From an uncultured Bacilli bacterium (GTDB lineage: Bacteria > Bacillota_I > Bacilli_A > RF39 > UBA660): a stretch of DNA of 54,163 nt. Positions 10,215-21,092 of this stretch are shown piece by piece (within the stretch, counting starts at the first letter, position 1; each line of letters begins with the position of its first letter). Under the pieces are notes generated by a model. The model had not been told where the DNA came from. It was given only the letters and a program-made list of their open reading frames with translations, and ran no database searches. Location of the stretch: the NCBI GenBank assembly GCA_944350485.1, contig CALVPE010000019.1, positions 1 through 54,163 on the forward strand, read 5' to 3'. A program made the position numbers and the translations under genes.

Positions 10215-12284
10215 TTAATTACCGCTTTTTTTAATTATTTCAGCAGCAATATTAGTAGGTACTTCTTCATAATGATCAAATTGCATTATGTAGTTTCCTC
10301 TACCTTGAGTATTACTTCTTAAACTTGTTGCATAACCAAACATTTCAGCAAGTGGTACCATAGCACTAAGTTTAATAGCATTACCAACATTTTCTTGTCC
10401 AAGTGGACGACCTCTTCTTGATGTAATGTCGCCCATAACATTACCAAAATATTCATCTGGTACTGTCACATCAACTTTCATAATTGGTTCAAGAAGAATT
10501 GGTTTACATTTATTTTTAGCTTCTTTTAAGGCAAAACTAGCAGCAATTTTAAAAGCCATTTCATTGGAATCGACTTCATGATACGATCCATCAAATAAAG
10601 TTGCTTTAATATCAATCATTGGATATCCAGCAAGAATACCTGTTTGTAAAGCTTCTTGTAAACCTTTATCAACAACTGGAATATATTCTCTTGGTACAAC
10701 ACCACCTACGATTGCATCAACGAATTCATATCCTTTATCAGGATTTGGTTCAAATTTAACCCAAACATGTCCGTATTGTCCACGACCACCAGATTGTTTA
10801 ATATATTTACCTTCACAATCACCCATCTGCTTAATAGTTTCACGATAAGCAACTTGTGGTTTACCAATATTAGCTTCAACCGAAAATTCTCTTTTCATAC
10901 GATCAACTATAATATCTAAGTGAAGTTCACCCATACCAGCAATAACAGTTTGACCTGTTTCTTGGTTAGTATGTACTTTAAAAGTTGGATCCTCCTCAGC
11001 TAATTTTTGTAAAGCAAGTCCCATTTTTTCTTGATCTGCTTTTGATTTAGGTTCAACAGCAAGTTCAATAACTGGTTCTGGAAATTCCATATTTTCCAAA
11101 ATAACTGGTTTCTTTTCATCACATAAAGTATCACCGGTCGTGGTATTTTTTAAACCAACAGCAGCAGCAATATCTCCCGTATAAACATCCGTAATTTCGG
11201 TACGATTATTAGCATGCATTTGTAAAATACGTCCAATTCTTTCTTTAACATCTTTAGTTGAATTTAAAACATAAGAGCCACTTGATAAATGTCCTGAATA
11301 AACACGGAAGAAAGTCAAACGCCCAACAAATGGATCAGTCATAACCTTAAATGCTAAAGCACTAAAAGGTTCATCATCACTTGGATGTCTAACTGTCTTT
11401 TCACCACTTAAAGTTGTTCCTTCAATTGAAGCAATATCAAGAGGTGAAGGTAAATAATCAATAACGGCATCAAGTAATAATTTAATACCTTTATTACCTA
11501 AAGCTGTACCACAAAGAACTGGGAAAAATTTAACATCAAGAGTTCCACGACGAATTGCTTTTTTAATCATTTCAACGGAGATTTCTCCACCATCAAGGTA
11601 AGTCATCATCATTTCATCATCAAATTCAGCAACAGCTTCAATTAATTCTTCACGTTTTTCTTTAGCAATATCAACTAAATCAGCTGGAATTTCAATTTCC
11701 TTAGCATCTTCTTCTGGTTTTCCATCATATTCATAAGCCTTCATGGTAACTAAATCAATTACACCACGAAAATCAGATTCAGCACCAATTGGCCACTCAA
11801 TAGGTTTAGCATTAACACCTAAACGACTGTCAATACTTTTTAAACTATAAACAAAATCTGCCCCCATTTTATCCATTTTATTAGCAAAAATAAGTCTTGG
11901 AACCATGAATTCTGTTGCTTGACGCCAAACAGTTTCTGTTTGTGGTTCAACACCAGCTTGAGCATCGATTAAAGCAACAGCTCCATCTAGTACTCTTAAA
12001 CTACGACTAACTTCAACAGTAAAATCAACATGGCCTGGGGTATCAATAATATTTAAACGATATTTTTTCCAAAAGGCAGTTGTTGCTGCACTAGTGATAG
12101 TAATACCTCTTTCTTGTTCTTGAGCCATCCAGTCCATTTGTGATTGACCATCATGAGTTTCACCAATTTTATGGATTTTTTTTGTATGGAATAAAACACG
12201 TTCTGTACAAGTAGTTTTACCTGCATCAATATGTGCCATAATTCCAAAATTTCTTGTCATCAATAATGAAGTTTCACGAGCCAT
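10215..12284 (-). CDS. fusA: elongation factor G
   Basis: [22 protein letters not shown] and NKMD motifs, with full-length EF-G architecture. The start is set at MARETSL. Confidence 0.98.
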   Translation of the reverse strand: MARETSLLMTRNFGIMAHIDAGKTTCTERVLFHTKKIHKIGETHDGQSQMDWMAQEQERGITITSAATTAFWKKYRLNIIDTPGHVDFTVEVSRSLRVLDGAVALIDAQAGVEPQTETVWRQATEFMVPRLIFANKMDKMGADFVYSLKSIDSRLGVNAKPIEWPIGAESDFRGVIDLVTMKAYEYDGKPEEDAKEIEIPADLVDIAKEKREELIEAVAEFDDEMMMTYLDGGEISVEMIKKAIRRGTLDVKFFPVLCGTALGNKGIKLLLDAVIDYLPSPLDIASIEGTTLSGEKTVRHPSDDEPFSALAFKVMTDPFVGRLTFFRVYSGHLSSGSYVLNSTKDVKERIGRILQMHANNRTEITDVYTGDIAAAVGLKNTTTGDTLCDEKKPVILENMEFPEPVIELAVEPKSKADQEKMGLALQKLAEEDPTFKVHTNQETGQTVIAGMGELHLDIIVDRMKREFSVEANIGKPQVAYRETIKQMGDCEGKYIKQSGGRGQYGHVWVKFEPNPDKGYEFVDAIVGGVVPREYIPVVDKGLQEALQTGILAGYPMIDIKATLFDGSYHEVDSNEMAFKIAASFALKEAKNKCKPILLEPIMKVDVTVPDEYFGNVMGDITSRRGRPLGQENVGNAIKLSAMVPLAEMFGYATSLRSNTQGRGNYIMQFDHYEEVPTNIAAEIIKKSGN

Positions 12285-12300
12285 AATAACTATATCCTTT

Positions 12301-12768
12301 CTACCAACGATAATGTGCAAAAGCCTTATTAGCTTCAGCCATTCTATGAGTATCTTCTCTCTTTTTTACAGCGCCACCAGTTCCATTAGCAGCATCAATT
12401 ATTTCATTTGCTAGATTTAAAGACATAGAATTTCCTCCTCTAAGTCTAGCATAATTAACTAACCAACGAAGACCTAAAGTTTGACTTCTTTTACCATCAA
12501 CTTCAATTGGCACTTGATAGTTAGATCCCCCAACACGACGTGATTTAACTTCTAATTGAGGTTTAATATTTTCTAATGCTTTTTCAAAAATATTCATTGG
12601 TTCTTCACCTGTTTTTTCTTTTATAATATCAAAAGCATCATATAAAATCTTTTCTGCTTTACCTTTTTTACCATCAAGCATAATACGATTAATTAACTTT
12701 GTAACTACTTTTGAATTATATATTGGATCTGGTAAAACATCTCTTATTTCAGCACGTTTTTTACGCAT
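12301..12768 (-). CDS. rpsG: 30S ribosomal protein S7
   Basis: 155 aa with the conserved S7 sequence ([15 protein letters not shown]...AFAHYRW). Position in the str operon. AGGAGG RBS. Confidence 0.97.
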   Translation of the reverse strand: MRKKRAEIRDVLPDPIYNSKVVTKLINRIMLDGKKGKAEKILYDAFDIIKEKTGEEPMNIFEKALENIKPQLEVKSRRVGGSNYQVPIEVDGKRSQTLGLRWLVNYARLRGGNSMSLNLANEIIDAANGTGGAVKKREDTHRMAEANKAFAHYRW

Positions 12769-12807
12769 AATATTGTTCCTCCTTTCACTTATTAATTTTA
12801 ATTATTA

Positions 12808-13224
12808 TTATTTTTTCTTTTCACGTTTAGCACCATATTTACTACGTCCTTGTTTTCTGTCTTTAACTCCAGCTGTATCTAAGGTTCCACGAATAATATG
12901 ATATCTAACACCAATTAAATCTGGTACACGACCACCACGTATTAAAACAACACTATGTTCTTGCAAATTATGTCCTTCACCAGGAATATAACAAGTAACT
13001 TCCATACCATTAGATAATCTAACACGAGCATACTTACGTAAAGCTGAGTTTGGTTTCTTTGGAGTCAATGTTCCAACACGAACACAAACACCACGTTTTT
13101 GAGGAGCATTAATTTTTGTTTGTTTCTTTTGAATATTATTAATACCAACCAATAAAACTGGTGATTTTGGTTTTCTAACCTTCTTACTTCTACCTTTTCT
13201 AACTAATTGATTAATTGTAGGCAT
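12808..13224 (-). CDS. rpsL: 30S ribosomal protein S12
   Basis: [12 protein letters not shown]...[10 protein letters not shown]... is the canonical S12 sequence. The start is trimmed to the ATG after the GGAGA RBS. Confidence 0.97.
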   Translation of the reverse strand: MPTINQLVRKGRSKKVRKPKSPVLLVGINNIQKKQTKINAPQKRGVCVRVGTLTPKKPNSALRKYARVRLSNGMEVTCYIPGEGHNLQEHSVVLIRGGRVPDLIGVRYHIIRGTLDTAGVKDRKQGRSKYGAKREKKK

Positions 13225-13319
13225 ATTCTCTCCTTTCTGACACACATATCCAGGTGTATCATTTTGTAATATAAAATTAAAACTTATCTACAATAAGTCT
13301 CAATTTCACGAACATGAAT

Positions 13320-13348
13320 ACTATACAATAGTAAATTTTCTTTGTCAA
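13320..13348 (-). promoter_or_regulatory. sigma-70-type promoter of the str operon
   Basis: On the minus strand: TTGACA (13348-13343), a 17-nt spacer, then TATAGT (13325-13320), about 95 nt upstream of rpsL. Confidence 0.75.
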
Positions 13349-13390
13349 CATTTTTGATACATTTTTGATACATTTTTGATACATTTTGTA
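13349..13390. repeat. 11-bp tandem repeat (catttttgata x3 plus a degenerate fourth unit)
   Basis: Three perfect 11-bp units at 13349-13381 and a partial unit to 13390. They lie immediately upstream of the str promoter -35 box. On the transcribed orientation each unit carries an A5 tract. Confidence 0.9.
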
Positions 13391-13517
13391 AATATTTTTT
13401 ATTATATCTAAGTTAATTTTTTCAATTTAAAGTCATAACAATTTATTTTTAAAAACCTGCTATCGTAAATTTAAGAATAAATAACATTTTTTAATAACTT
13501 TATTTATATAATAAAGT

Positions 13518-13928
13518 ATGAATGTTACAACTGAAAAAGAAATAAATATTGTCAATAATCAACTAATTGCCCTTTTCATTTTTATAATTTCTTTAATAGT
13601 ATCTATTTTATTGACCTATAACGAAAAATTAAGATTAGAAAATAGAGAATTATTATTTAATGAGAAATTAAATATTACTATTTCTTTAATAAATAGAATT
13701 GTTGTTGTTTTACTTGGTATTTATTTTATTTATGATGCTTTTGAAAGAAAAAAATTAAATAACGAAACTGATAAAGGATCTATCCCTAATTCTAATTCAA
13801 ATGATAATTTACAAATATTAGCATCATGTGCAGCTTTTTTATCATCCCTTATATCTCTTTATATTATTTTAATAAACCTTAAAAATGTAAATTTTGATGT
13901 TTCAGGTGTTGAAGAACCAGCTTTATAA
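13518..13928 (+). CDS. hypothetical small membrane protein
   Basis: 136-aa ORF with about 3 hydrophobic helices. No clear RBS and no family recognised. Confidence 0.45.
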   Translation: MNVTTEKEINIVNNQLIALFIFIISLIVSILLTYNEKLRLENRELLFNEKLNITISLINRIVVVLLGIYFIYDAFERKKLNNETDKGSIPNSNSNDNLQILASCAAFLSSLISLYIILINLKNVNFDVSGVEEPAL

Positions 13929-14053
13929 TCTTAAATAATATTTTTTTTAATAAAATTACTTCATTTTTATTTTTTTTAAATAGATATCTTAAAGTGCAAC
14001 TATTTTTAAAAGTTAGCATATTTTAAATTAATTAGTTAAATTAAATTTTTTAA

Positions 14054-14082
14054 TTGACAAATTCTATTCACTTATATATAAT
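14054..14082 (+). promoter_or_regulatory. sigma-70-type promoter upstream of rpsD
   Basis: TTGACA (14054-14059), a 17-nt spacer, then TATAAT (14077-14082). This leaves a ~150-nt leader before rpsD. Confidence 0.7.
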
Positions 14083-14240
14083 ATGGGTACATATTCAATT
14101 GATAACCCAGTTTATTTAAATTTTTAATGTGTTTTTTAGGTTTATTAGTAACTATTGGTTATGTAGTGAAAATATTAAAAGAAACTCCCTAGAAATTTAA
14201 TAAATATCAATGTTTATGAATAATATTGAAGGAGGAAAAT

Positions 14241-14843
14241 ATGTCAAGATACACAGGACCAAGTTATAAAAGAAGTCGTAGCGTTGGATTTTCTACTTTA
14301 GAAAATGGTAAAGATTTAGCAAGACGTCCTTATAAACCTGGTATTCACGGAGCTAAAAGACAAGGAAAACTTTCAAACTATGGTGAGCAATTAAAAGAAA
14401 AACAAAAAGTTAAATTCATGTATGGTTTGAATGAAAGACAATTTCATAAAACTTTTATAGAAGCTTCTAAACTACAAGGTATTCATGGTGAAAACTTCTT
14501 AAAACTTCTTGAATCAAGATTAGATAATATCGTTTATCGTATGGGATTCGCTAATACAAGACGTGGAGCAAGACAACTTGTTAATCATGGTCATATAACT
14601 GTTGATGGTAAAAAAGTTGATATTCCATCATTTCGTGTCAAACCAGGTCAAGTTATTGCATTAAAAGAAAATTCAAAAGATTTAAAATGTGTTAAAGAAG
14701 CTCTTGAAAATGTTACAACAAGAGTTGAATACATTGATTTTGATAAAAATAATAATACAGCTAAATTTGTTAGACTTCCAGAACGTAATGAATTATCTGC
14801 TGATATAGACGAAGCTCTAATTGTTGAATTCTATAATAGATAA
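14241..14843 (+). CDS. rpsD: 30S ribosomal protein S4
   Basis: [13 protein letters not shown]... with a C-terminal S4 RNA-binding domain. GGAGG RBS 6 nt upstream. Confidence 0.96.
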   Translation: MSRYTGPSYKRSRSVGFSTLENGKDLARRPYKPGIHGAKRQGKLSNYGEQLKEKQKVKFMYGLNERQFHKTFIEASKLQGIHGENFLKLLESRLDNIVYRMGFANTRRGARQLVNHGHITVDGKKVDIPSFRVKPGQVIALKENSKDLKCVKEALENVTTRVEYIDFDKNNNTAKFVRLPERNELSADIDEALIVEFYNR

Positions 14844-14872
14844 AAATAAAAAAGTAACTAAATTATTAAAAA

Positions 14873-15332
14873 TATGAAGTTGTCAATAAAAAATAGACAA
14901 CTAAAAAGTACTATTTAAACCCTAGTTGAGTTTTGTACTCAATTGGGGTTTTATAATTTAAAGCATAACTAGGCCTTAAGTAATTACGATAATATATTAT
15001 CGCATTTATATAATCTTTAATCATCTTGATTAAAATCGATATACATTTCTTTCTTTTTTTATTTTTTAATTCTATTATTCCTTCTTTTCTATATAAAGAA
15101 AACCATTTGAACATTTATCCTCTAGAAATTGCAAATTTTTCTGTACATTTGTCTATTTTTATTTCATTATTGATATGATATAAAACTATTTTTAATTTAT
15201 CTTCTTTTGTCCAAAAATTATTATTATCACCTTTTGATCGTCGACTTGTCATATTATCAACTACTTTATTTTAATTATAACAAAAAAATGTAAACACTTT
15301 TTTTATGTCTACATTTATCTTACAACTTCATA
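14873..15332 (-). mobile_element. IS3-family insertion sequence relic (internally deleted, both inverted repeats retained)
   Basis: Terminal inverted repeats tatgaagttgt (14873-14883) and acaacttcata (15322-15332), with further imperfect matching inward including a shared tagaca block. The interior encodes only transposase fragments. Confidence 0.7.
14911..15252 (-). pseudogene. IS3-family transposase remnant (OrfA HTH with a nonsense codon, fused to an integrase C-terminal tail)
   Basis: The minus strand reads MTSRRSKGDNNNFWTKEDKLKIVLYHINNEIKIDKCTEKFAISRG*MFKWFSLYRKEGIIELKNKKRKK...YYRNYLRPSYALNYKTPIEYKTQLGFK. This is OrfA-like HTH followed directly by the extreme C-terminus of a DDE integrase. 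The catalytic core is missing. Confidence 0.75.
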
Positions 15333-15346
15333 TAAAAATATCTGTT

Positions 15347-18300
15347 TTATTCAACTGATTTTAAGGCTTCAATAAAATCAATCTTTTTTAATTTAAAATG
15401 TGTAAATACTTGAACAATAACACTAAAACCTATAATAGTCAAACAAGTAAGAATATAACTATACCAATTAATAAAATGGAAAAATAAGATATTATCAGTT
15501 TCTGCGACATTCATGACATAACTATGTAAAAATACTCCTAGTAAAAGTCCAAAAGCAATTCCAAAAATAGTTAACATAAAGGTTTCTCTATATACATAAT
15601 TAGAAACTTCTTTATCATAAAATCCTAACACTTTTAAAGTTGATATTTCTCTTACTCGTTCGGTGATATTAATAGTTGTTAAGTTATATAAAACAATAAA
15701 AGCTAAAAGACAAGAAGCAAAAATGATTAAATAAACAATTTTATTTAAACTATCGACCATAATAGTAAAAGTTTTTAAATTATCACTTGTAAAATTAATA
15801 GCACTTACTTTATTATCAGAAATCCAATTAGTAGCTAAATTTTCTTCATTAACATCATCTTTTAAATTAGCTATGATCATATTATAAGAAATATTTTTTT
15901 CCATCATATTTTCATAACTTTCCTTAGTCATATACATGTAGTGCAATGTATAATTTTCAACTATTTCACTTACTTTAACTAAATATAATTCATTTTGATT
16001 ATTACGAATTTTTATTAAATCACCTATTTTTGCATTTAATAACTTAGCCATCTTTTCAGTTATGACAACTCCGTCTTTGGGAAAGATAAATTTTTTATTT
16101 ACTTTACTATTTAAAGTTACATACTGATTATGCTTAGTTTCATTTTCAAAAACCATCAAGTAAACATCATGAGAAATATCTTTAGCATCAAAGGTAAAAG
16201 ATTCTTGATAAATTGGTAAATAATTAATAACTCCACTACTATTTAATTTTTCTTTTAATTCTTTTGATAACTCTTGATAATTATTTTGCATAACGAATAA
16301 AGCATCATAATGTATTATTTCTTCATATTGTAATTTAATAAGTTTATTAATACTATCTTTTAATCCAAAACCTGTTAAAAGAAGTGCAGTTGATCCAGCT
16401 ATCCCTAAAACTGTCATGATAATTCTTTTTTTATAACGAAACATATTCCGAACAGTTACTTTACTAGTAAAAGATAAACGTTTCCAAAAGAAACTAACTT
16501 TTTCAAGCAAAACTTTTTTCCCTTTTCTTGGAAGTTTTGGACGAATTATATTAGCTGGGTTATTTCTTAATTCCTTTTGACAAGACAAAATAGTTATTAA
16601 AAACATCATAGTTAAAAAAGAGAAAACTAAAATTAGAAAAGGAATAATTTTAATACTTACTTCTAATTGAGGTAGTATGTAGTTAGAATGATAAACTTGA
16701 TAAACTACATTAGGAATAATTGTATAACCTGCTAATAATCCAGAAGTAATTCCAATAATAGCTGCAAAAAAAACATAAAATATATAACCACCCATGATTA
16801 AACTACGACTATAACCTAAAGATACTAAAGTTCCTATCTCGCCTCTTTCTTCTTCAACCATTCTAGTTAGGGTATTAAAACACATCAAAGCAACAACTAA
16901 AATAAAGAAAACTGGAAATACTTTGGCAATTGAATCTACTTTCATAGCATCTTCATAGATACTTGTATAACCATTATTACTAGTTCGATCTAACAAATAC
17001 CACTCGGGTTTTTCAATTTCTTTTAAAGAATCTTTCGCATCTTGAATTTTTTCTTCTGCTTCCAAAGTCTTTTCTTCTAAAGTTTTTACACCTTGATTAT
17101 ATTCAGATAAACCAATTTGATAACTTTTTTCAGAATTATCTAGTTTAATTTTAGCTTTTTCTAATTCTTTCTTACCATTAGTGATTTGTAAATAATAATT
17201 ATTTTCTTCTTGAGTAATTGTTTTTTCAGATATTTCTAGGGATTTTTTAGTTTGAATTAAAGTTGAATAAAGAGTTTCTAACTTTTTTAAAGATAATAAA
17301 TTTTCTTGATAAATTGAATAATTTGGATCAGTTGTATCCATATTATTTAACTTTTCTTCTAAAGTATTTATATTATTTTTTGTCTCTTTTAAAAGATTTT
17401 CTAAATTTTCTTCTTGTAATTTATACTCTAGCAAAGTATTTTGATAAGCAAGTTTTCCTTGTTCTAATTTTATTTTGGATTCTTCTAATTTCTTTTTACC
17501 ACTTTCTTCATTTTCTAGCAAGAGTTTTTTAGAAGCATTGTAATCTTGCCATCCAGAATCTAACTCTTGTCTTGCTTTTTTTAAAGTTAAATAAGCTTGA
17601 TTTAAATCTTTAGAAGCTTTATCTTTTTCAACTTGAAATTCTTCTTCTATTTTTTGAATTTCTTTCATAGCTGTTTCTAAAATTTCTTCATATCTTTTTG
17701 TTTCTTGAATAGGTTTTAATTTTAAAATTTCTTTTTCTAAGGCTTCTAAACTTTCTTGATAAGATCTTTCATAAGAATTTTCTTCTTGGGTATTTTTACT
17801 TATTAAATAAACTTCGGTTATAATATCAGATTTAAAATTATCGTAAGGGATATAAATAAATGATTGTAATTTACCATTACCAATTGTTGCTATTCCTTTT
17901 TCCTTACTTAAATAGGAAGATGAATTAACTAAACCAACAACATCATAATCAACAATTTCTAAAATACCATCAATTGATAATTTACTTAAATGAATTTTAT
18001 CTCCTAATTTAAAATAGGTAGCATCTGCTAAACATTCATAATTATTTTTAATTAATCTTCCCTTTACTAAAGTAACTTGATTTAAATCTTTTAAATAAGC
18101 ATGAACACGAATAGCTTCTCCTGATACTAAAGCATCAACACTGTAACTTGGAATAACTTTTGAAACATGTTCAAGCTTTTTTAAAGATGACACATCTTCA
18201 TCAGTTAAGCCTTTCGTACTAGTTATTTTATAATCCATTAAATTAGTCTTATCATAATAATTATCTAAAGTTGTTAAAATATCAGGAGAACTTTCTCTTA

Positions 18301-18406
18301 GCCCAGCAAAAAAACCTACTCCTAAAGCAACTATTAATATAATTGAAATAAATCTTCCTAATGATTTTTTTATTTTTCTTAAACTTAAATAAAACAATAA
18401 TTTCAT
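15347..18406 (-). CDS. MacB/FtsX-type ABC transporter permease with a large extracytoplasmic coiled-coil domain
   Basis: Two FtsX-like 4-TM modules flank long extracellular regions. The ATG overlaps the upstream ATPase stop (TAATG). Confidence 0.85.
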   Translation of the reverse strand: MKLLFYLSLRKIKKSLGRFISIILIVALGVGFFAGLRESSPDILTTLDNYYDKTNLMDYKITSTKGLTDEDVSSLKKLEHVSKVIPSYSVDALVSGEAIRVHAYLKDLNQVTLVKGRLIKNNYECLADATYFKLGDKIHLSKLSIDGILEIVDYDVVGLVNSSSYLSKEKGIATIGNGKLQSFIYIPYDNFKSDIITEVYLISKNTQEENSYERSYQESLEALEKEILKLKPIQETKRYEEILETAMKEIQKIEEEFQVEKDKASKDLNQAYLTLKKARQELDSGWQDYNASKKLLLENEESGKKKLEESKIKLEQGKLAYQNTLLEYKLQEENLENLLKETKNNINTLEEKLNNMDTTDPNYSIYQENLLSLKKLETLYSTLIQTKKSLEISEKTITQEENNYYLQITNGKKELEKAKIKLDNSEKSYQIGLSEYNQGVKTLEEKTLEAEEKIQDAKDSLKEIEKPEWYLLDRTSNNGYTSIYEDAMKVDSIAKVFPVFFILVVALMCFNTLTRMVEEERGEIGTLVSLGYSRSLIMGGYIFYVFFAAIIGITSGLLAGYTIIPNVVYQVYHSNYILPQLEVSIKIIPFLILVFSFLTMMFLITILSCQKELRNNPANIIRPKLPRKGKKVLLEKVSFFWKRLSFTSKVTVRNMFRYKKRIIMTVLGIAGSTALLLTGFGLKDSINKLIKLQYEEIIHYDALFVMQNNYQELSKELKEKLNSSGVINYLPIYQESFTFDAKDISHDVYLMVFENETKHNQYVTLNSKVNKKFIFPKDGVVITEKMAKLLNAKIGDLIKIRNNQNELYLVKVSEIVENYTLHYMYMTKESYENMMEKNISYNMIIANLKDDVNEENLATNWISDNKVSAINFTSDNLKTFTIMVDSLNKIVYLIIFASCLLAFIVLYNLTTINITERVREISTLKVLGFYDKEVSNYVYRETFMLTIFGIAFGLLLGVFLHSYVMNVAETDNILFFHFINWYSYILTCLTIIGFSVIVQVFTHFKLKKIDFIEALKSVE

Positions 18407-19107
18407 TACCAATCAAGCTCCTCAACTCTTTTAGGATTGTTTTGAGTAATTACTTCATTAATAGTTCCATTTTTAATTTTGATAACTTTATCAGCAATTT
18501 CAGATATTAAAGCATTATGAGTAATAATAATTGTCGTCATTCCCATATCTCTAGCTGTTTTTTGTAAAAGTTCTAAGATTTTAACTCCTGTTTTAGAATC
18601 TAAGGCACCAGTTGGTTCATCACAAAGTAAGATTTTTGGATTTTTGGCTATAGCTCTAGCAATTGCTACTCTTTGTTGTTCCCCTCCTGATAATTCTGCA
18701 GGAAAGTTATTTAATCTATCTTTTAATCCAACTTTTTCTAAAATTGTTTTGGGATCAAAAGGATTTTTACAAATTTGAACAGCTAATTCCACATTTTCAA
18801 GAGCAGTTAAATTACCTACTAAATTATAAAATTGAAAAACAAAGCCAATACTATTTCGACGATAACTAATTAAATCTTTTCTTTGATATTTAGTAATATC
18901 TTCATTATCAACTAATATATTACCACCTGTAATAGTATCCATTCCTCCAAGTAAATTTAAAACTGTTGTTTTTCCTGCACCACTTGGCCCTAAAATTACA
19001 ACTAATTCGCCTTTTTCAATTTGAAAAGAAACATCATGACAAGCCTGAATTTCTATTTCACCCATTTTGTAAACCTTTTTAACTTTCTTAAATTCAATAT
19101 ATGACAT
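18406..19107 (-). CDS. ABC transporter ATP-binding protein (MacB/LolD type)
   Basis: GPSGAGKTT, LSGGEQQRVAIARA, LLCDEPTGALD and the H-loop ITHN. The start is set at MSYIEF after the AGGAGG RBS. Confidence 0.93.
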   Translation of the reverse strand: MSYIEFKKVKKVYKMGEIEIQACHDVSFQIEKGELVVILGPSGAGKTTVLNLLGGMDTITGGNILVDNEDITKYQRKDLISYRRNSIGFVFQFYNLVGNLTALENVELAVQICKNPFDPKTILEKVGLKDRLNNFPAELSGGEQQRVAIARAIAKNPKILLCDEPTGALDSKTGVKILELLQKTARDMGMTTIIITHNALISEIADKVIKIKNGTINEVITQNNPKRVEELDW

Positions 19108-19204
19108 ACTTCCTCCTTTCATTTTAATCTCAAAATTTCTAAACAATACTATTTTTAACAGTAAATTTTATATTAGCAAAAGATAATCTAATTTTTTTTA
19201 TAAT

Positions 19205-19861
19205 TTATCTTTTTATCAAAGTAGTAAATTTGCTATTTCCTTGGTAATAACCGTTATTATCAAAATCATCTTCATCATAAGTAAAAACTGTTAACATAAC
19301 ATTTTCTATTTCCAAACTACCTTTTTCAGTTGCCATTAACTTAATACTACTCATAACTGTATTCAAATTATAATCATTCTCTTCAATATGAGAATACCAA
19401 CCACTATTATTAATATCATCATATAACCAAATATATAAATAATCACTAAAAAGATAATTAGTAAAATATTTAGGATTTAAAATAGTTTCTTCAACAAAAC
19501 GATCATCTTTTAAATTAACTTTTAAATAATATCCAATTTTATAATTAGAAAAATTTTTATCAGTAGAATATTTTTTATATAAATCTTTAATAGAACCAAT
19601 TTCTTCTTCATTACTAGATAAAATAATTGAAAATATACCTATATCTTTTAAACTTGGAAAACTACTTATAAATTCTTTTTTTCTTTGATATTTACCATTT
19701 TCCTTTTGATATAAACTAATCTTAATTGGATTATTATCAACATAGTTACTGGCTTTAATAACATTTTCACAACCAAAATCTTGGCTATTTTTAACTAAAT
19801 TATTTTTTTTAGTACAACCAACAACTAAAATAATTAATATTAAAAAAATTAATTTTTTCAT
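19205..19861 (-). CDS. hypothetical lipoprotein
   Basis: MKKLIFLILIILVVGC is a signal peptide with a lipobox Cys. No family recognised. Confidence 0.65.
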   Translation of the reverse strand: MKKLIFLILIILVVGCTKKNNLVKNSQDFGCENVIKASNYVDNNPIKISLYQKENGKYQRKKEFISSFPSLKDIGIFSIILSSNEEEIGSIKDLYKKYSTDKNFSNYKIGYYLKVNLKDDRFVEETILNPKYFTNYLFSDYLYIWLYDDINNSGWYSHIEENDYNLNTVMSSIKLMATEKGSLEIENVMLTVFTYDEDDFDNNGYYQGNSKFTTLIKR

Positions 19862-20380
19862 AACTTTTTAACTTAGTCAAACTTTTTGCTTAAAGTTTAA
19901 AACTATTTTCCTTTCTACTCTTTAATCTATTATAACACTAATATTTATTATTAGTTAACAGTATACTAATTTTTAATTTTTTTTTACTCAAAATTAAGGT
20001 TTTAATATATTTTGTAGAAAAAACCAATATTCTAAATCTTAAAATTTTTTAAGCGATAAAATTAATAATTATTTTAATTTTTGGTAAAACAAAGAGAAAA
20101 ATTTTAATAAAATTAAATTTTATTTTCCTAATCATTATATCCAAACTTGCTACTTCGTGAATAAAGAATCTCTATTCTCCATGGACTTAAATTTTGATAT
20201 TCAATGAAAATTTTGCATTTATTCCAAAAAAATGTTAGTAAAACAAAACTATTTTGTAAAATTATATTATAACTTTCCTTTTCTATAAAAATCTAAAATA
20301 CAAGTTTTAATTATCCAAATAAACTTATTTTAATTTGTAATAACGTTTTTTAGTAAAAACATAATCAACATTTTATCTTT

Positions 20381-20674
20381 TTACATATAATATATTTTAT
20401 CATATATTACTTTTATTAATTTAATTTGTTTTAGTTTATCAATTAAATAACATCCACTAATAAATTCAAAAAATGATAATATAATTGCTACTCCCAACGC
20501 TAATCCAGGAGTCATTACTGTCAAACAAAAATCAGGTGAAACATTTAGATAATTACAATAAGCTACTCCAATGTCAAAATTAATTTTTATCAAAAAAAAT
20601 AATGGCAATATTATTATTGTAATTATAAATATTTTAATAAAACATGCAACACAATTCCAAAACCTCAAATACAT
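20381..20674 (-). CDS. hypothetical small membrane protein
   Basis: The start is set at the ATG after the AGGAGG RBS (MYLRFWN...). It has 2-3 hydrophobic helices. No family recognised. Confidence 0.45.
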   Translation of the reverse strand: MYLRFWNCVACFIKIFIITIIILPLFFLIKINFDIGVAYCNYLNVSPDFCLTVMTPGLALGVAIILSFFEFISGCYLIDKLKQIKLIKVIYDKIYYM

Positions 20675-20824
20675 ATTATATCCTCCTGCTTCTACATTAT
20701 AACACATTTTTAAGTAATATCCTGACACTTTTTAATTTATTTATTTTAAATAATAATTACTCACAATAATAAAGTCTTTTTTTCCTTTTTAAATACTAAC
20801 GTATCTTATATTCTTCCCTTTTAA

Positions 20825-20856
20825 TAAAAAAATTTAACATTTATATATGTTAAATT
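20825..20856 (-). terminator. rho-independent terminator after tRNA-Arg
   Basis: 10-bp stem aatttaacat / atgttaaatt with a 6-nt loop. On the minus strand it is followed by a T-run. Confidence 0.65.
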
Positions 20857-20870
20857 AATAAATTCAAAAC

Positions 20871-20947
20871 TGGCGTCCCCGAGGTGATTCGAACACCCAA
20901 TCTTTCGCTTAGGAGGCGAAGGCATTTTCCTATTATGCTACGAGGAC
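20871..20947 (-). tRNA. tRNA-Arg (anticodon CCU), CCA encoded
   Basis: The minus strand reads GUCCUCGUAGCAUAAUAGGAAAAUGCCUUCGCCUCCUAAGCGAAAGAUUGGGUGUUCGAAUCACCUCGGGGACGCCA. It has a 7-bp acceptor stem, a GGUUCGAAUC-like T-loop and an anticodon loop CUCCUAA. Confidence 0.9.
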
Positions 20948-21092
20948 ATACATCTTAATTTTATTTTATTTTTAAAATTAAGATTATTATTTTAAATATT
21001 AGCATTTTTTTAAGATAAAGATAGTAGAGAAATTTACATTATACTTCATACTGTAAGAACATTTTTCATTTTTACAATTAGTTAAAATGAAT

